A DNA stretch of 64,000 nt from an uncultured Dehalococcoidia bacterium (GTDB lineage Bacteria > Chloroflexota > Dehalococcoidia > Lucifugimonadales > UBA826): assembly GCA_964500645.1 (NCBI GenBank), contig CAZCOH010000001.1, positions 24,967 to 88,966 of the forward strand. Reading direction: 5' to 3'. Below the pieces are notes generated by a model, which was not told where the DNA came from, searched no databases, and saw nothing but the letters and a program-made list of their open reading frames with translations. Shown here piece by piece: positions 48,301 through 57,431 of the stretch. Made by a program: the position numbers and the translations under genes. Numbering within the stretch: the first letter of the stretch is position 1; each line of letters opens with the position of its first letter.

Positions 48301-49986
48301 TTAAGTTCTATCACTGATCTCGACAGTTTGTGTTGGCCCGTTCAAGAACATGACCATACTTTTGCCAGCCGGCCCACCAAACGACATCAGTTCTATCTTC
48401 TCTGGACGTTCAAATCCAGGAAATTCAGTTGTGCGAGCTTGATCACTGGGAAGATCTAATATCCATCGCCAAGGTTTTAATAGAAATGATGGGTTAATTC
48501 TGAAGCTATTTTGCAAGGAAGCAGCACTAATTTTTGTGTTGGCCCACAAGAAATCTCTAACCATTTCTTTAGACCAACCTTCCTTGGCGCATATTTCAGC
48601 ATGATCAGGAGCCAATATAACGATTGTTCCGGTACCGCCCTCAGGATCGTATGGATCAGGATCAGACCAACGCAGGCTGGTGTAGCCACCACGCCCGGTG
48701 ATGGCCCCGGATACACCTCGAAGAAGTGGCTCCGGTTCGTAATTGTTAAGGTCTGCGGCATCGATAATGTTTCTCACGCCTCCTACTGTGACTGTAGAAG
48801 AAGATTGTGAAAATCCTTTTGAGGTGTGAAATTGAGGCCATATCTCCGGGAAATTGTCTTGGGATTCCGCGGCACACAGACTGAATTTTGCTGCAGAACC
48901 AATTGTGTCCATATCCATTTCACCAGGATAGTTGTGCCCTACGTTCATTAAAGTAAGTCTCAGTGCTCTGCCTAGAATAACGTTGACTCTAGATTGCCTT
49001 CCTGGGCCTAACGTAGCCTGTTTGGAATTAATACCGAGTTCGTCGACAATTGGTCCGTTTACAAGCATAAAAGGGGCGTCTGGAGAGGTAGACATTAACC
49101 ATTGTCGTGCTCTTCCTCCCATTTGTATGATTGATTTACACGCCGCAATTATGATGGGAAGGTGCGCTGGTTCGCATCCGGCCATTGCACTAGAAATAGC
49201 AATTTTTTTGACTGTAGCGATCCCCATACCCGGAGGCAAATGGCCCACTATCTGCTCTGAAGGTAGAGTTGTACCAGAAAGCAGTTCATTCACCCTTTCT
49301 TCTGTTGGAGGAACTAGAGGAAAGCCATCACCCCACCCTTTATCGAGGAAATCTTTATTGAAATTTTCCCAAGCGTCTAACTTATCTTTCCCTTTAAAAG
49401 TTATTGATGGACCGTCTGCTCTGTAGGCTTCTACATCAGAGGAATCTATTGTTAAAGAGTCTGGGTTTGTTAGACCATTAACAATTGAGTCGATTTGCTT
49501 CTCTATTTCTCTACTCGATTCTTCTGGGCTGACTGAGGTTATAACGCAGGGAATAGTTACGAACGGAGCAGTTTCCATTCCAAAAGCTTTCGCTGTTGCT
49601 ACTGTATCTTTCTGGAAACCAGAAGAAGCTATTGAAACTGTTGGAAGCCCCTTTCTTTCAAGATAAATCATGTCGTGGACAAGCCACGACGTACATTGGC
49701 CTCAATCTGAAGAAGAACCAACAGCGACATCACATTCTTTAGCGACTTTATCTAATACAGCCGTCGGAGTTGGTATTCCACCTTCATATAGTGTCACATC
49801 GATGTGTTTATACTTTTCTTTAAGTTTAGTTCCTACCCTGTTAAGCACAGCATCTCCACCTCTTTTACGATTCCAGACTAGCCCAACCTTTAGTCCGTCA
49901 AGGTTGTTTGGTCTTATTGCTGGATCTGTGGTTTGAGCTGGTCCTCTTAATTCAGACACAGGATTTAGGACATGTAAATCCGACAT
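48301..49986 (-). CDS. Candidate selenoprotein: UGSC-like module (U-G-Q-C, in-frame TGA at 49704..49702) fused to a large uncharacterised domain
   Basis: Track ORFs 49702..49986 and 48301..49671 share a frame, separated by one TGA plus 10 sense codons: ...ECDVAVGSSSD-U-GQCTSWLVHD-MIYLERKGLP... A 7 bp hairpin starts 11 nt after the TGA. Strong SD GGAGG precedes ATG 49986. Confidence 0.6.
49672..49690 (-). promoter_or_regulatory. Candidate bacterial SECIS-like hairpin
   Basis: mRNA GUCGUGG-CUUGU-CCACGAC (7 bp stem, 5 nt loop containing GU) starts 11 nt downstream of the in-frame UGA. Confidence 0.45.
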
Positions 49987-50147
49987 AGTTCCTCCAACGA
50001 TATCTATAGGTAAGCGTGAATACTATAGATTTAGGAGAAGTTATAGCAACCCAGACGTACAGAGAGTATCTCTCTGCCATCTAGCCATGCAGGAATTTCA
50101 GATAAAAGGTAGTGACCTTTTTGTGCCTGAAAATGACGAAAATTTCG

Positions 50148-51284
50148 TCACCATTGAACAAACATCGGCATTACAACGTGGGTGTAACCTTCTTTACCTG
50201 TTGAACGTACCACGCCCGGACTGGAAGGATTCGTCATCTCGAAGGCAACCTCACCGTCACCCAGAACGTCAAGAACTTCCGATAGATATTTATTGTTAAA
50301 TGCTATCCGGGAGTCTTCATCCACCTCCCCATTAACATCTCCGTCAATCTCACCCTGATTGTCACCAAGTTCTTCAGCTCTTGAAGATATTGATATACCA
50401 GACCCCTCTTCACCATCCATGATCTGTACTCTGACAATTCCACTACCGTCTCTTGCAAATATGGAAGCGGACCGAACAGCTCTCATAAAATCTGATTGCT
50501 GGACTATTACGCTATTTCTGTGATCTTCAGGTATTAGAGACCTGAAATTAGGAAAAGCACCTGGCATAAGCTGTGACACAATTTCAACGGTCCCTATATT
50601 AAAGAGAGCATGTGTTCCGGCTGAGGTTACGGTGAATTCAACTTCTGAATCATCGCTGCCAATTAATCTTCCAACCTCCTGCATAGCTTTTGCAGGAATA
50701 ATAAACTCTGACGGCTCAGGAAGTGGTTCTGATAGTTTCCCTTCATAAACTGCCAACCTGAAACCATCTGCGGCTGCAAAGGTAAAATCATCGCCGTTTA
50801 CTTCAACTTTTATCCCGGTAAGTACAGGGCGTGAATCTTCGGTTGCTGCAGCAAAAGCCACATGGGCAATAGTCTCTCTCAGTACCTGAGGATCAATTTT
50901 GATTGTGGATCCCTCATCTACAGTTGGTATTGGAGGAAATTCTTCAGCATCTGTTCCATTTATGTTCGCTTCAAATCTCTGACATTTTAGAGAAGTACTT
51001 AAGGGATCAGGAGTGGTCTTAATATCAATCCGGTCATCCGGTAGGGAATTAACAAAGTCGGTGAGAAGTCTTGCAGGAATTGTTACCTCACCTTCCTGTT
51101 CAACCTGAGCACCAATCTTGGTAGTTATAGCTATATCCAGATTAGTGGCTGTCAGGACAAGCATACTGTCTTCTGTGGATATTTTAACATTCTGCAACAC
51201 TGGCAAATTGCTACGTGTAGCAACAGCCCGTCCCACGATAGCTAATCCTCTGCTTAAATTCTGTTGAAGGCATGATACCTGCAT
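50148..51284 (-). CDS. dnaN: DNA polymerase III beta sliding clamp
   Basis: 378 aa. MQVSCLQQNLSRGLAIVGRAVATRSNLPVLQNVKI... Three-domain length, C-terminus ...HVVMPMFVQW. Terminates with TGA. Confidence 0.92.
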   Translation of the reverse strand: MQVSCLQQNLSRGLAIVGRAVATRSNLPVLQNVKISTEDSMLVLTATNLDIAITTKIGAQVEQEGEVTIPARLLTDFVNSLPDDRIDIKTTPDPLSTSLKCQRFEANINGTDAEEFPPIPTVDEGSTIKIDPQVLRETIAHVAFAAATEDSRPVLTGIKVEVNGDDFTFAAADGFRLAVYEGKLSEPLPEPSEFIIPAKAMQEVGRLIGSDDSEVEFTVTSAGTHALFNIGTVEIVSQLMPGAFPNFRSLIPEDHRNSVIVQQSDFMRAVRSASIFARDGSGIVRVQIMDGEEGSGISISSRAEELGDNQGEIDGDVNGEVDEDSRIAFNNKYLSEVLDVLGDGEVAFEMTNPSSPGVVRSTGKEGYTHVVMPMFVQW

Positions 51285-51413
51285 CGATAGTCACTCCTAA
51301 GTATTTAGACCAAGTATATTGCCGTCCAATATCATCGTCAACGAGAACGCTATATATAGTATCCGCGAATATAAATACTACTACTGACTGTATCCTACTA
51401 TTTAGGTATTCAA

Positions 51414-52139
51414 TTACCGGATCGCCTTGAAGTTAAGTTCCAGAAAAATTTCGTCATCAACAGAAATTATGAACGGCAATCTCGGTTTCGATAAATTGAA
51501 TTGATCCCATGTTATGGAAGTCTTTGCAACACCGACAATCTCTCTCACCGAAAAATCTGCAGTCGTATCCCAGGAAGTCGAAACTGTAGTTCCAGATACG
51601 GTCATATCGCCTGTAATGGCAAATGTAGCGGAATCGGAGGAAGGCAAAGGCCATGGTAGATTCTGAAAGTCTGTGACTACAAAAGTTATTTCCTGTCCCA
51701 GTCCCCCGTTTCGTCTAACCCAGTTATCACGTTTATTATCATCGCTTTTAAATGAAGTTGCATCAATCTTTATCAGGGAATCTTCAGTCGTATTTCCTTC
51801 GGCATCAAAACTCAATTCACCGATAACCTGGGTTGTTATTCCCTCTGCTGTAATGGGTGTGTCAAAACGAGCAAGCCTTTCACCTATACTGTATTTTGCT
51901 GCAGAACCCTCTCCAAGAACGAGGGTGACACCAGAGTCAGCTTTATTAGCATCATTTACGGACTCCAATTTCGGTTCCTGAGACTCTTCCGGTTTATCAT
52001 TAGAATTGCTGTCTACGTTAGTCGTAGTGACAGTTTGAACAGATGACGACGAAGTTACAGAAACGTCATCCTGAGAATCTGAACATGCGGAAATAAAAAG
52101 ACATAGAATCACAGCCATCAAGAAAACCCGAATATGCAT
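51414..52139 (-). CDS. YceI-like domain lipoprotein
   Basis: 241 aa. Signal peptide with lipobox FISAC, Ser/Thr-rich linker, then a YceI-like region ...FAITGDMTVSGTTVSTSW... Confidence 0.6.
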   Translation of the reverse strand: MHIRVFLMAVILCLFISACSDSQDDVSVTSSSSVQTVTTTNVDSNSNDKPEESQEPKLESVNDANKADSGVTLVLGEGSAAKYSIGERLARFDTPITAEGITTQVIGELSFDAEGNTTEDSLIKIDATSFKSDDNKRDNWVRRNGGLGQEITFVVTDFQNLPWPLPSSDSATFAITGDMTVSGTTVSTSWDTTADFSVREIVGVAKTSITWDQFNLSKPRLPFIISVDDEIFLELNFKAIR

Positions 52140-52263
52140 CTTGGACCTCCACAGAAATTAAAATCCTGACCTTCTAATTTTATATAAAAATATGGGACAT
52201 TCACTTCGACAGCAAATGCCCCATATATTGTGGAGTTCTCAACCTCCGAATTGTATAAACTAC

Positions 52264-52770
52264 TTATTGAACAGTTATAGTGCCCACCATGCCCAAAGAC
52301 TCGTGGGGTATACATATGAGTTCGTAAGTTCCTGCTTTATCAAATGTAAAATTTAAAGTCCCTGTCTCACCAGCTTCAACCTCCATATCTATCCCGAGGT
52401 CATCAACGGTAAAAGAATGAAATTCGTTCTGGGACGTCATCTTAAACGTAACAGTCTCTCCGACTGAAAAAGCCAACTCTGCCGGTGCGAATGCATAATC
52501 TCCCCCTTCATCCTTCAGTTCAACAATTACTTCTGTTCCCGCGGAGGCGCTAGAAGCCGAACTCTCCGCTGCAACCGGAGCTGCTGCCGCAGGGGCAGCG
52601 GCAGGTGGCGCTGAAGAAGGCTGTTGGGAGGCAGGAATTGGTGCGGCTTTTACTGCGTCATGGTCACCCTTTGGTGGCACGTCCCCTCCACACGCCGCAA
52701 CAATAGACAAAGCTGCCACAAGTGTTGTTAATAGGACTATCTTCATATGAAGCATAAAATTAGACCTCAC
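52264..52770 (-). CDS. Cupredoxin (plastocyanin/azurin-like blue copper) lipoprotein
   Basis: Lipobox VAAC, Ala/Pro-rich linker, type-1 Cu ligands ...FHSF... and ...CIPHESLGM... (C-x-x-H-x-x-x-x-M). The true start is probably an internal ATG (52755 or 52746). Confidence 0.8.
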   Translation of the reverse strand: MRSNFMLHMKIVLLTTLVAALSIVAACGGDVPPKGDHDAVKAAPIPASQQPSSAPPAAAPAAAAPVAAESSASSASAGTEVIVELKDEGGDYAFAPAELAFSVGETVTFKMTSQNEFHSFTVDDLGIDMEVEAGETGTLNFTFDKAGTYELICIPHESLGMVGTITVQ

Positions 52771-52921
52771 TCCTTTGTAACTGATTTTGGACCCTTTACA
52801 TTGAAAGTTGTATCAACATTATTTAGATTGGTGATAACTTTCACAATTAATATCATATCATCCGGCTTTTTAGGGGGTCAACGAACATATTATCAATTAG
52901 CAATATCAAAAGTTGACGGGG

Positions 52922-52968
52922 TTGACGTAGCACATCTGTTCTGATAATATGTTTCGAACATTAGTACT
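52922..52968 (+). promoter_or_regulatory. Putative lexA promoter (TTGACG-17-TAATAT) with an imperfect LexA box CGAACATTAGTACT (52955..52968)
   Basis: Hexamers and spacing read directly from the sequence. The box has GAAC-N4-GTAC, one arm mismatch relative to the perfect box at 1214..1227. Confidence 0.4.
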
Positions 52969-53044
52969 GATAATGCCCCATTTGGCGAAATCAGTAACCG
53001 TAGAAAACACACAATAACATCATAGAACAGAATCGGGAGGAAAA

Positions 53045-53698
53045 ATGAAGAGGCCGCTTTCCAAACGACAAAAAACAATGCTCGACTATATCCAAGATTT
53101 CATGAAGTCAAACAGCTATCCGCCTACCGTACGGGACATACAGGCGGGTTGCGATATAAGTTCTACTTCAGTTGTTGATTACAATCTGCAGATTTTGCAG
53201 CGAGAAGGATACCTACAGAGGAAAAGGGAAGTTTCTCGTGGTATAGAACTCCTTGGTGAAGCTGCATCCTCAGCAGGGGATACATTCAGAAACCTTATGA
53301 CAGTCCCCGTTCTGGGAAACATAGCAGCCGGTGAACCTTTACCTGTTTCCAATACCGGTCCCTGGAACAACGCCGACTTCGACAATGTTGATCTACCTCC
53401 ATTTTTAACCAAGGGAAAAGAAAACATTTTTGCCTTAAGGGTTAAAGGTGAATCTATGATTGATGCTCTTGTCGGAGATGGAGACCTCGTTCTACTTGAA
53501 CCTGTAACACAACCACAGAATGGTGACATGGTAGCTGCCTGGTTACAGGACAGAGAAGAAGCTACTTTAAAACATTTTTACCTTGACGGAGATCAGGTCC
53601 GTCTCGTCCCGGCTAACAGCCAGTTAAGTCCAATCACTGTTGACGCCACAAACGTCGCAGTAAAAGGACGTGTAGTTGGAGTAGTAAGAACCATGTAG
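53045..53698 (+). CDS. lexA: LexA repressor
   Basis: 217 aa. N-terminal wHTH (...YPPTVRDIQAGCDISSTSVV...), cleavage site ...NIAAGEP..., Ser ...VKGESM..., Lys ...VKGRVVGV... Confidence 0.93.
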   Translation: MKRPLSKRQKTMLDYIQDFMKSNSYPPTVRDIQAGCDISSTSVVDYNLQILQREGYLQRKREVSRGIELLGEAASSAGDTFRNLMTVPVLGNIAAGEPLPVSNTGPWNNADFDNVDLPPFLTKGKENIFALRVKGESMIDALVGDGDLVLLEPVTQPQNGDMVAAWLQDREEATLKHFYLDGDQVRLVPANSQLSPITVDATNVAVKGRVVGVVRTM

Positions 53699-53738
53699 GA
53701 AATTTCCTACACCAACAAATAATTTTGATTATCTCAGG

Positions 53739-53774
53739 GACTGATTCCGCGCCGGAGTCGGTCTCTTTGGTTTG
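53739..53774 (+). terminator. Putative rho-independent terminator after lexA
   Basis: 11 bp stem GACUGAUUCCG/CGGAGUCGGUC (two G-U pairs), 3 nt loop, followed by UCUUUGGUUUG. Confidence 0.5.
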
Positions 53775-53834
53775 TAAGAGATATAATCGTTCAGCAGATA
53801 ATTCCTTTAGAAAAGACTCTTAAGGTGGGAAATA

Positions 53835-56282
53835 TTGGCGGAAGCAGTTATGCCCGGGATTAACAAAATCACCCTCCCTGTTACAGGTATGACCTGTGCT
53901 GCCTGCGTAGTTCACGTATCAGCTGCTCTTGAAAAACTCCCGGAAGTTTTGGAAACAGATGTAAACCTGACTACTGAAAAGGCCACGATAAGCCTGACCG
54001 ATGAGCTCGCTTCAATTCACCTCATATCGGACACGCTGAAAAAGGCCGGTTATGGACTGGCCAGCAGCTCTGTAATCCTATCGATCGGCAAAATGACATG
54101 TGCCGCCTGTGTATCTCACGTGGAAACTGGGATAAGTTCTGTGAATGGAGTCCTATCTTGCTCTGTAAATCTCGCCACAGAAAAAGCTAATGTGAACTAC
54201 CTCCCTGAAATCACTTCAACATTTGAAATAATCAACGCTGTTGAAAAAACAGGTTATACGGCCGAGAGAATTGACTCGGATGATTACAGTTATGGGGAAA
54301 CATCGAGCGAAACAAGGATATTGACTAAGAAAATAGCCCTTGGAGGATTTACCTCTGTACTCATAGCCTTGACCAATATATTCCCGTCATTGAAAGAAGT
54401 CGGAGACATAAACCCTCAGTACATCTTTCTTGCTATGGCAACAGGTGTTCAATTCTGGTCCGGCAGTCACTTCTACATAAGCTCATGGTCGGCGCTAAAA
54501 CTCAAGACCACAAACATGAACACACTGGTAGTACTTGGGACAACAGTTGCCTATTTATATAGCCTCGTTATTACAATCACGGAAGCCATTGGAATTGACT
54601 TTGGTGATGGGCAAACTCATTATTCAGCATCAAGTTCCATAATCACACTTGTTTTAGTCGGTCGTTTATTAGAGACAAAAGCCCGAAAAAAAGCATCGAA
54701 TTCAATAAGATCTCTTCTCAATCTCAGTCCAAAAATCGCAAGAGTTATCAGATCAACAGAAGTGGAAATTCCTAGAGATGAACTCATTGTGGGAGACAAA
54801 ATCATCGTCAGACCGGGTGAAAGTTTTCCCACGGATGGATTAATTTATGAAGGCAGAGGAACAGTAGATGAATCGATGCTTACAGGTGAAAGCATACCTG
54901 CGCTAAAAGAGACGGGAAGTTATGTTTTCGGGTCTACGGTAAATGGGACTAATACCTTTCAATACACAGCTACAAAGGTTGGAAAAGACACGCTTCACTC
55001 AAAAATCATTAAGCTTGTCGAAGAGGCACAGAACTCAAAGGCTCCTATACAAAGACTAGCCGACCAGATATCAGGTATTTTTGTTCCTGTCGTTCTTCTT
55101 ATCGCCCTCCTGACTTTCTGTGCATGGTTTATATTCGAGCCATCCCGATCATTGAATACGGCCATGATTACAACCGTAGCAGTCCTTGTAATAGCCTGTC
55201 CCTGTGCGATGGGCCTCGCGACACCAACCGCAATAGTTGTTGGAACTGGAAGAGGAGCAACTATGGGTATTCTTTTTAGAAATGCACAATCACTGGAAAC
55301 TTCGCAAAAAATCGATACCGTAGTCTTCGACAAAACTGGCACTCTCACGTACGGCACTCCACGTGTGGAATCAATATGGGAAGTGGAACTAACTCGATCA
55401 GAAATTCTCAAATATGCCGGATCAGTCAGCCGACGATCTGAACATGTTTTGGCAAAATCGATAGCTGAAACCGCTTTTCAAGAAAGTATAAAATTAAGTA
55501 ACCCAGAAGACTTCCAAGCTCATCCAGGTATGGGATCCATAGCCAAGGTCGATGGAAAGACTGTTGCAATCGGTAACAGGGCTTTTTTACTTGAAATGGG
55601 TTTGGCTGTAGACAGCAAGACAAATGGATCCACAGAAACACTGGTCATGGTTGACGATGAATTAGCAGGTGTCATCAACTTTACAGACGAGCCAAGAAAA
55701 GAAGCCAAAAAAAGTATTGAATTGCTTAAAAAAATGGGAATGACCGTGGTACTGCTAAGTGGAGACAACCTGACTGTAGCGAATAAAACAGCCTCGTTGT
55801 TGGGGATATCTGAAGTAGAAGCAGAGGCACTTCCAGATCAGAAATTAGAGTACATAAAAAATCTCCAATCAAAAGGAAAAGTTGTTGCAATGGTCGGAGA
55901 TGGCATAAACGATGCACCTGCCCTCGCTCAGTCAGATATAGGAATATCTATGGGAGGAGGAACCGACGCAGCTATAGAAGCCGGAGATATAACACTTGTA
56001 AGAGAAGATCTACGGACTCTACCTGAGGCTGTTTCTTTGAGTAGAGTCACGATGAGAAAGATAAAACAAAATTTATTCTGGGCCTTTGCTTATAACATTT
56101 TCCTCATACCGGTTGCGGCAGGTTTACTTCATTTAATTCTAGGAACTGACGGGACCATTTCATTAACACCTTTAGTTAATAGTGATGGGTTTATGAACCC
56201 AATCGCAGCTTCGTGTGCGATGGCCCTCAGCTCAATATGTGTCGTTTTAAATTCAATCCATCTCAGAAAGGTTCGTCTGTAG
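53835..56282 (+). CDS. copA: Copper-translocating P1B-type ATPase
   Basis: 815 aa. Two N-terminal HMA domains (GMTCAACV twice), TGES, CPC, DKTGTLT, MVGDGINDAPAL. SD AAGGTGGG precedes the TTG start. Confidence 0.93.
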   Translation: MAEAVMPGINKITLPVTGMTCAACVVHVSAALEKLPEVLETDVNLTTEKATISLTDELASIHLISDTLKKAGYGLASSSVILSIGKMTCAACVSHVETGISSVNGVLSCSVNLATEKANVNYLPEITSTFEIINAVEKTGYTAERIDSDDYSYGETSSETRILTKKIALGGFTSVLIALTNIFPSLKEVGDINPQYIFLAMATGVQFWSGSHFYISSWSALKLKTTNMNTLVVLGTTVAYLYSLVITITEAIGIDFGDGQTHYSASSSIITLVLVGRLLETKARKKASNSIRSLLNLSPKIARVIRSTEVEIPRDELIVGDKIIVRPGESFPTDGLIYEGRGTVDESMLTGESIPALKETGSYVFGSTVNGTNTFQYTATKVGKDTLHSKIIKLVEEAQNSKAPIQRLADQISGIFVPVVLLIALLTFCAWFIFEPSRSLNTAMITTVAVLVIACPCAMGLATPTAIVVGTGRGATMGILFRNAQSLETSQKIDTVVFDKTGTLTYGTPRVESIWEVELTRSEILKYAGSVSRRSEHVLAKSIAETAFQESIKLSNPEDFQAHPGMGSIAKVDGKTVAIGNRAFLLEMGLAVDSKTNGSTETLVMVDDELAGVINFTDEPRKEAKKSIELLKKMGMTVVLLSGDNLTVANKTASLLGISEVEAEALPDQKLEYIKNLQSKGKVVAMVGDGINDAPALAQSDIGISMGGGTDAAIEAGDITLVREDLRTLPEAVSLSRVTMRKIKQNLFWAFAYNIFLIPVAAGLLHLILGTDGTISLTPLVNSDGFMNPIAASCAMALSSICVVLNSIHLRKVRL

Positions 56283-56326
56283 TTGTAATATAGTGTTACT
56301 CAAACCTACAACTTCTTGAGGATTGC

Positions 56327-56530
56327 ATGAAATTACCTTTATTTCGGAAACGTCAGAGTCCCAATTCAATTGATCCCGTGTGCGATATGGAAGTAACGAC
56401 AAAAAATCCAGCAGGAGGGTCGTGGAAATACAAGGGAATTACATACATGTTCTGTGCAACCGGGTGCAAAATAGCTTTTCAAAAAGAACCAGACAGTTAT
56501 ATATCTGGCGACAAGAAAATAGAGATGTAA
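56327..56530 (+). CDS. YHS domain protein
   Basis: 67 aa. ...DPVCDMEV...YKGITYMFCATGCKIAFQKEPDSY... YHS/TRASH-type metal-binding motif immediately downstream of copA. Confidence 0.8.
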   Translation: MKLPLFRKRQSPNSIDPVCDMEVTTKNPAGGSWKYKGITYMFCATGCKIAFQKEPDSYISGDKKIEM

Positions 56531-56579
56531 CTTCAGGAAACTTTTGAGGGATATCATCTATAATTATTGACCTAATAAA

Positions 56580-56665
56580 GCCGAAGTGGCGGAATGGTAG
56601 ACGCGCTGGTCTCAAAAACCAGTGGGAGCAATCCCGTGTGAGTTCGAGTCTCACCTTCGGCACCA
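56580..56665 (+). tRNA. tRNA-Leu (anticodon CAA), CCA encoded
   Basis: Manual fold: acceptor GCCGAAG/CTTCGGC, anticodon stem CTGGT/ACCAG with loop CTCAAAA, long variable arm, T-arm GTGAG-TTCGAGT-CTCAC, then discriminator A plus CCA. Confidence 0.92.
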
Positions 56666-56722
56666 AATCTCTGAATATCCCTGAAACCTTGAATGTTTTA
56701 TGAGGTTGAAACAATCTGATTA

Positions 56723-57424
56723 ATGGATTCAATCAAACCTACTAACTCATCACCCTTGGAACAATTTTCTATATTGTCCAAATCCAAACAATTAGATCTC
56801 GCTAAATTGGCACTCTTGTTTGCGATGTATGAATATCCTGACCTCAACATAGATGAGGAACTCCAATCACTCGATTCCCTGGCATCTGTAGCAAAGACAA
56901 GAATAAATCCAGATTCAGATCCTATTTCCCAGATCAATGCACTCAGTGAATATCTATTTGACGAAGTTGGTTTTCAGGGAAACTATGAAGACTATTACGA
57001 TCCTAGAAATTCCTTCCTCAACGAAGTCCTAAACAGGAGACAGGGAATCCCAATTACGCTTTCTCTGCTTTATATGGAAGTCGGGAAAAGATTGGGTATA
57101 CAGCTGGAGGGTGTAGGAATGCCTGGTCATTTTCTAGTGCGTATGAAAAATGACCACGCAGGTCTATATATAGACCCATTCCATAGAGGAATATTATTGT
57201 CACAAGAGGAATGCGCCAAAATGCTTGAAGCAATTGCCGGGCAATCCATTATTTGGGACCAAAATTACCTGACACCAGTCAATAATATTGAACTGATCTC
57301 CAGACTGATCAGAAATGTTCACGCAATATATACTCACAGAAACGAAACAACTAGAATTCTCACCATTGAGAAATATTTATTAGCCGCCCAGTTTTCAATG
57401 CAGGAACAGATAAAATCTGAATAA
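56723..57424 (+). CDS. SirB1/transglutaminase-like plus TPR-like family protein
   Basis: 233 aa. ...YYDPRNSFLNEVLNRRQGIPITLSLLYMEVGKRLG...GMPGHFLVR... is characteristic of the SirB1 N-terminal (transglutaminase-like) family. Confidence 0.65.
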   Translation: MDSIKPTNSSPLEQFSILSKSKQLDLAKLALLFAMYEYPDLNIDEELQSLDSLASVAKTRINPDSDPISQINALSEYLFDEVGFQGNYEDYYDPRNSFLNEVLNRRQGIPITLSLLYMEVGKRLGIQLEGVGMPGHFLVRMKNDHAGLYIDPFHRGILLSQEECAKMLEAIAGQSIIWDQNYLTPVNNIELISRLIRNVHAIYTHRNETTRILTIEKYLLAAQFSMQEQIKSE

Positions 57425-57431
57425 TAAAAGC

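Noticed and set aside
50148-51284. dnaN lacking dnaA/recF/gyrB neighbours, interpreted as a second, SOS-associated clamp paralog.
   Set aside because: The sequence looks like a standard full-length clamp. Gene order around dnaN varies among lineages. Copy number cannot be judged from a single window, and no LexA box was seen upstream.
56580-56665. tRNA-Leu as an integration hotspot for a genomic island.
   Set aside because: No integrase, no repeat of the tRNA 3' end, and no obvious compositional break on either side. The flanking genes are ordinary (YHS protein, SirB1-like protein).
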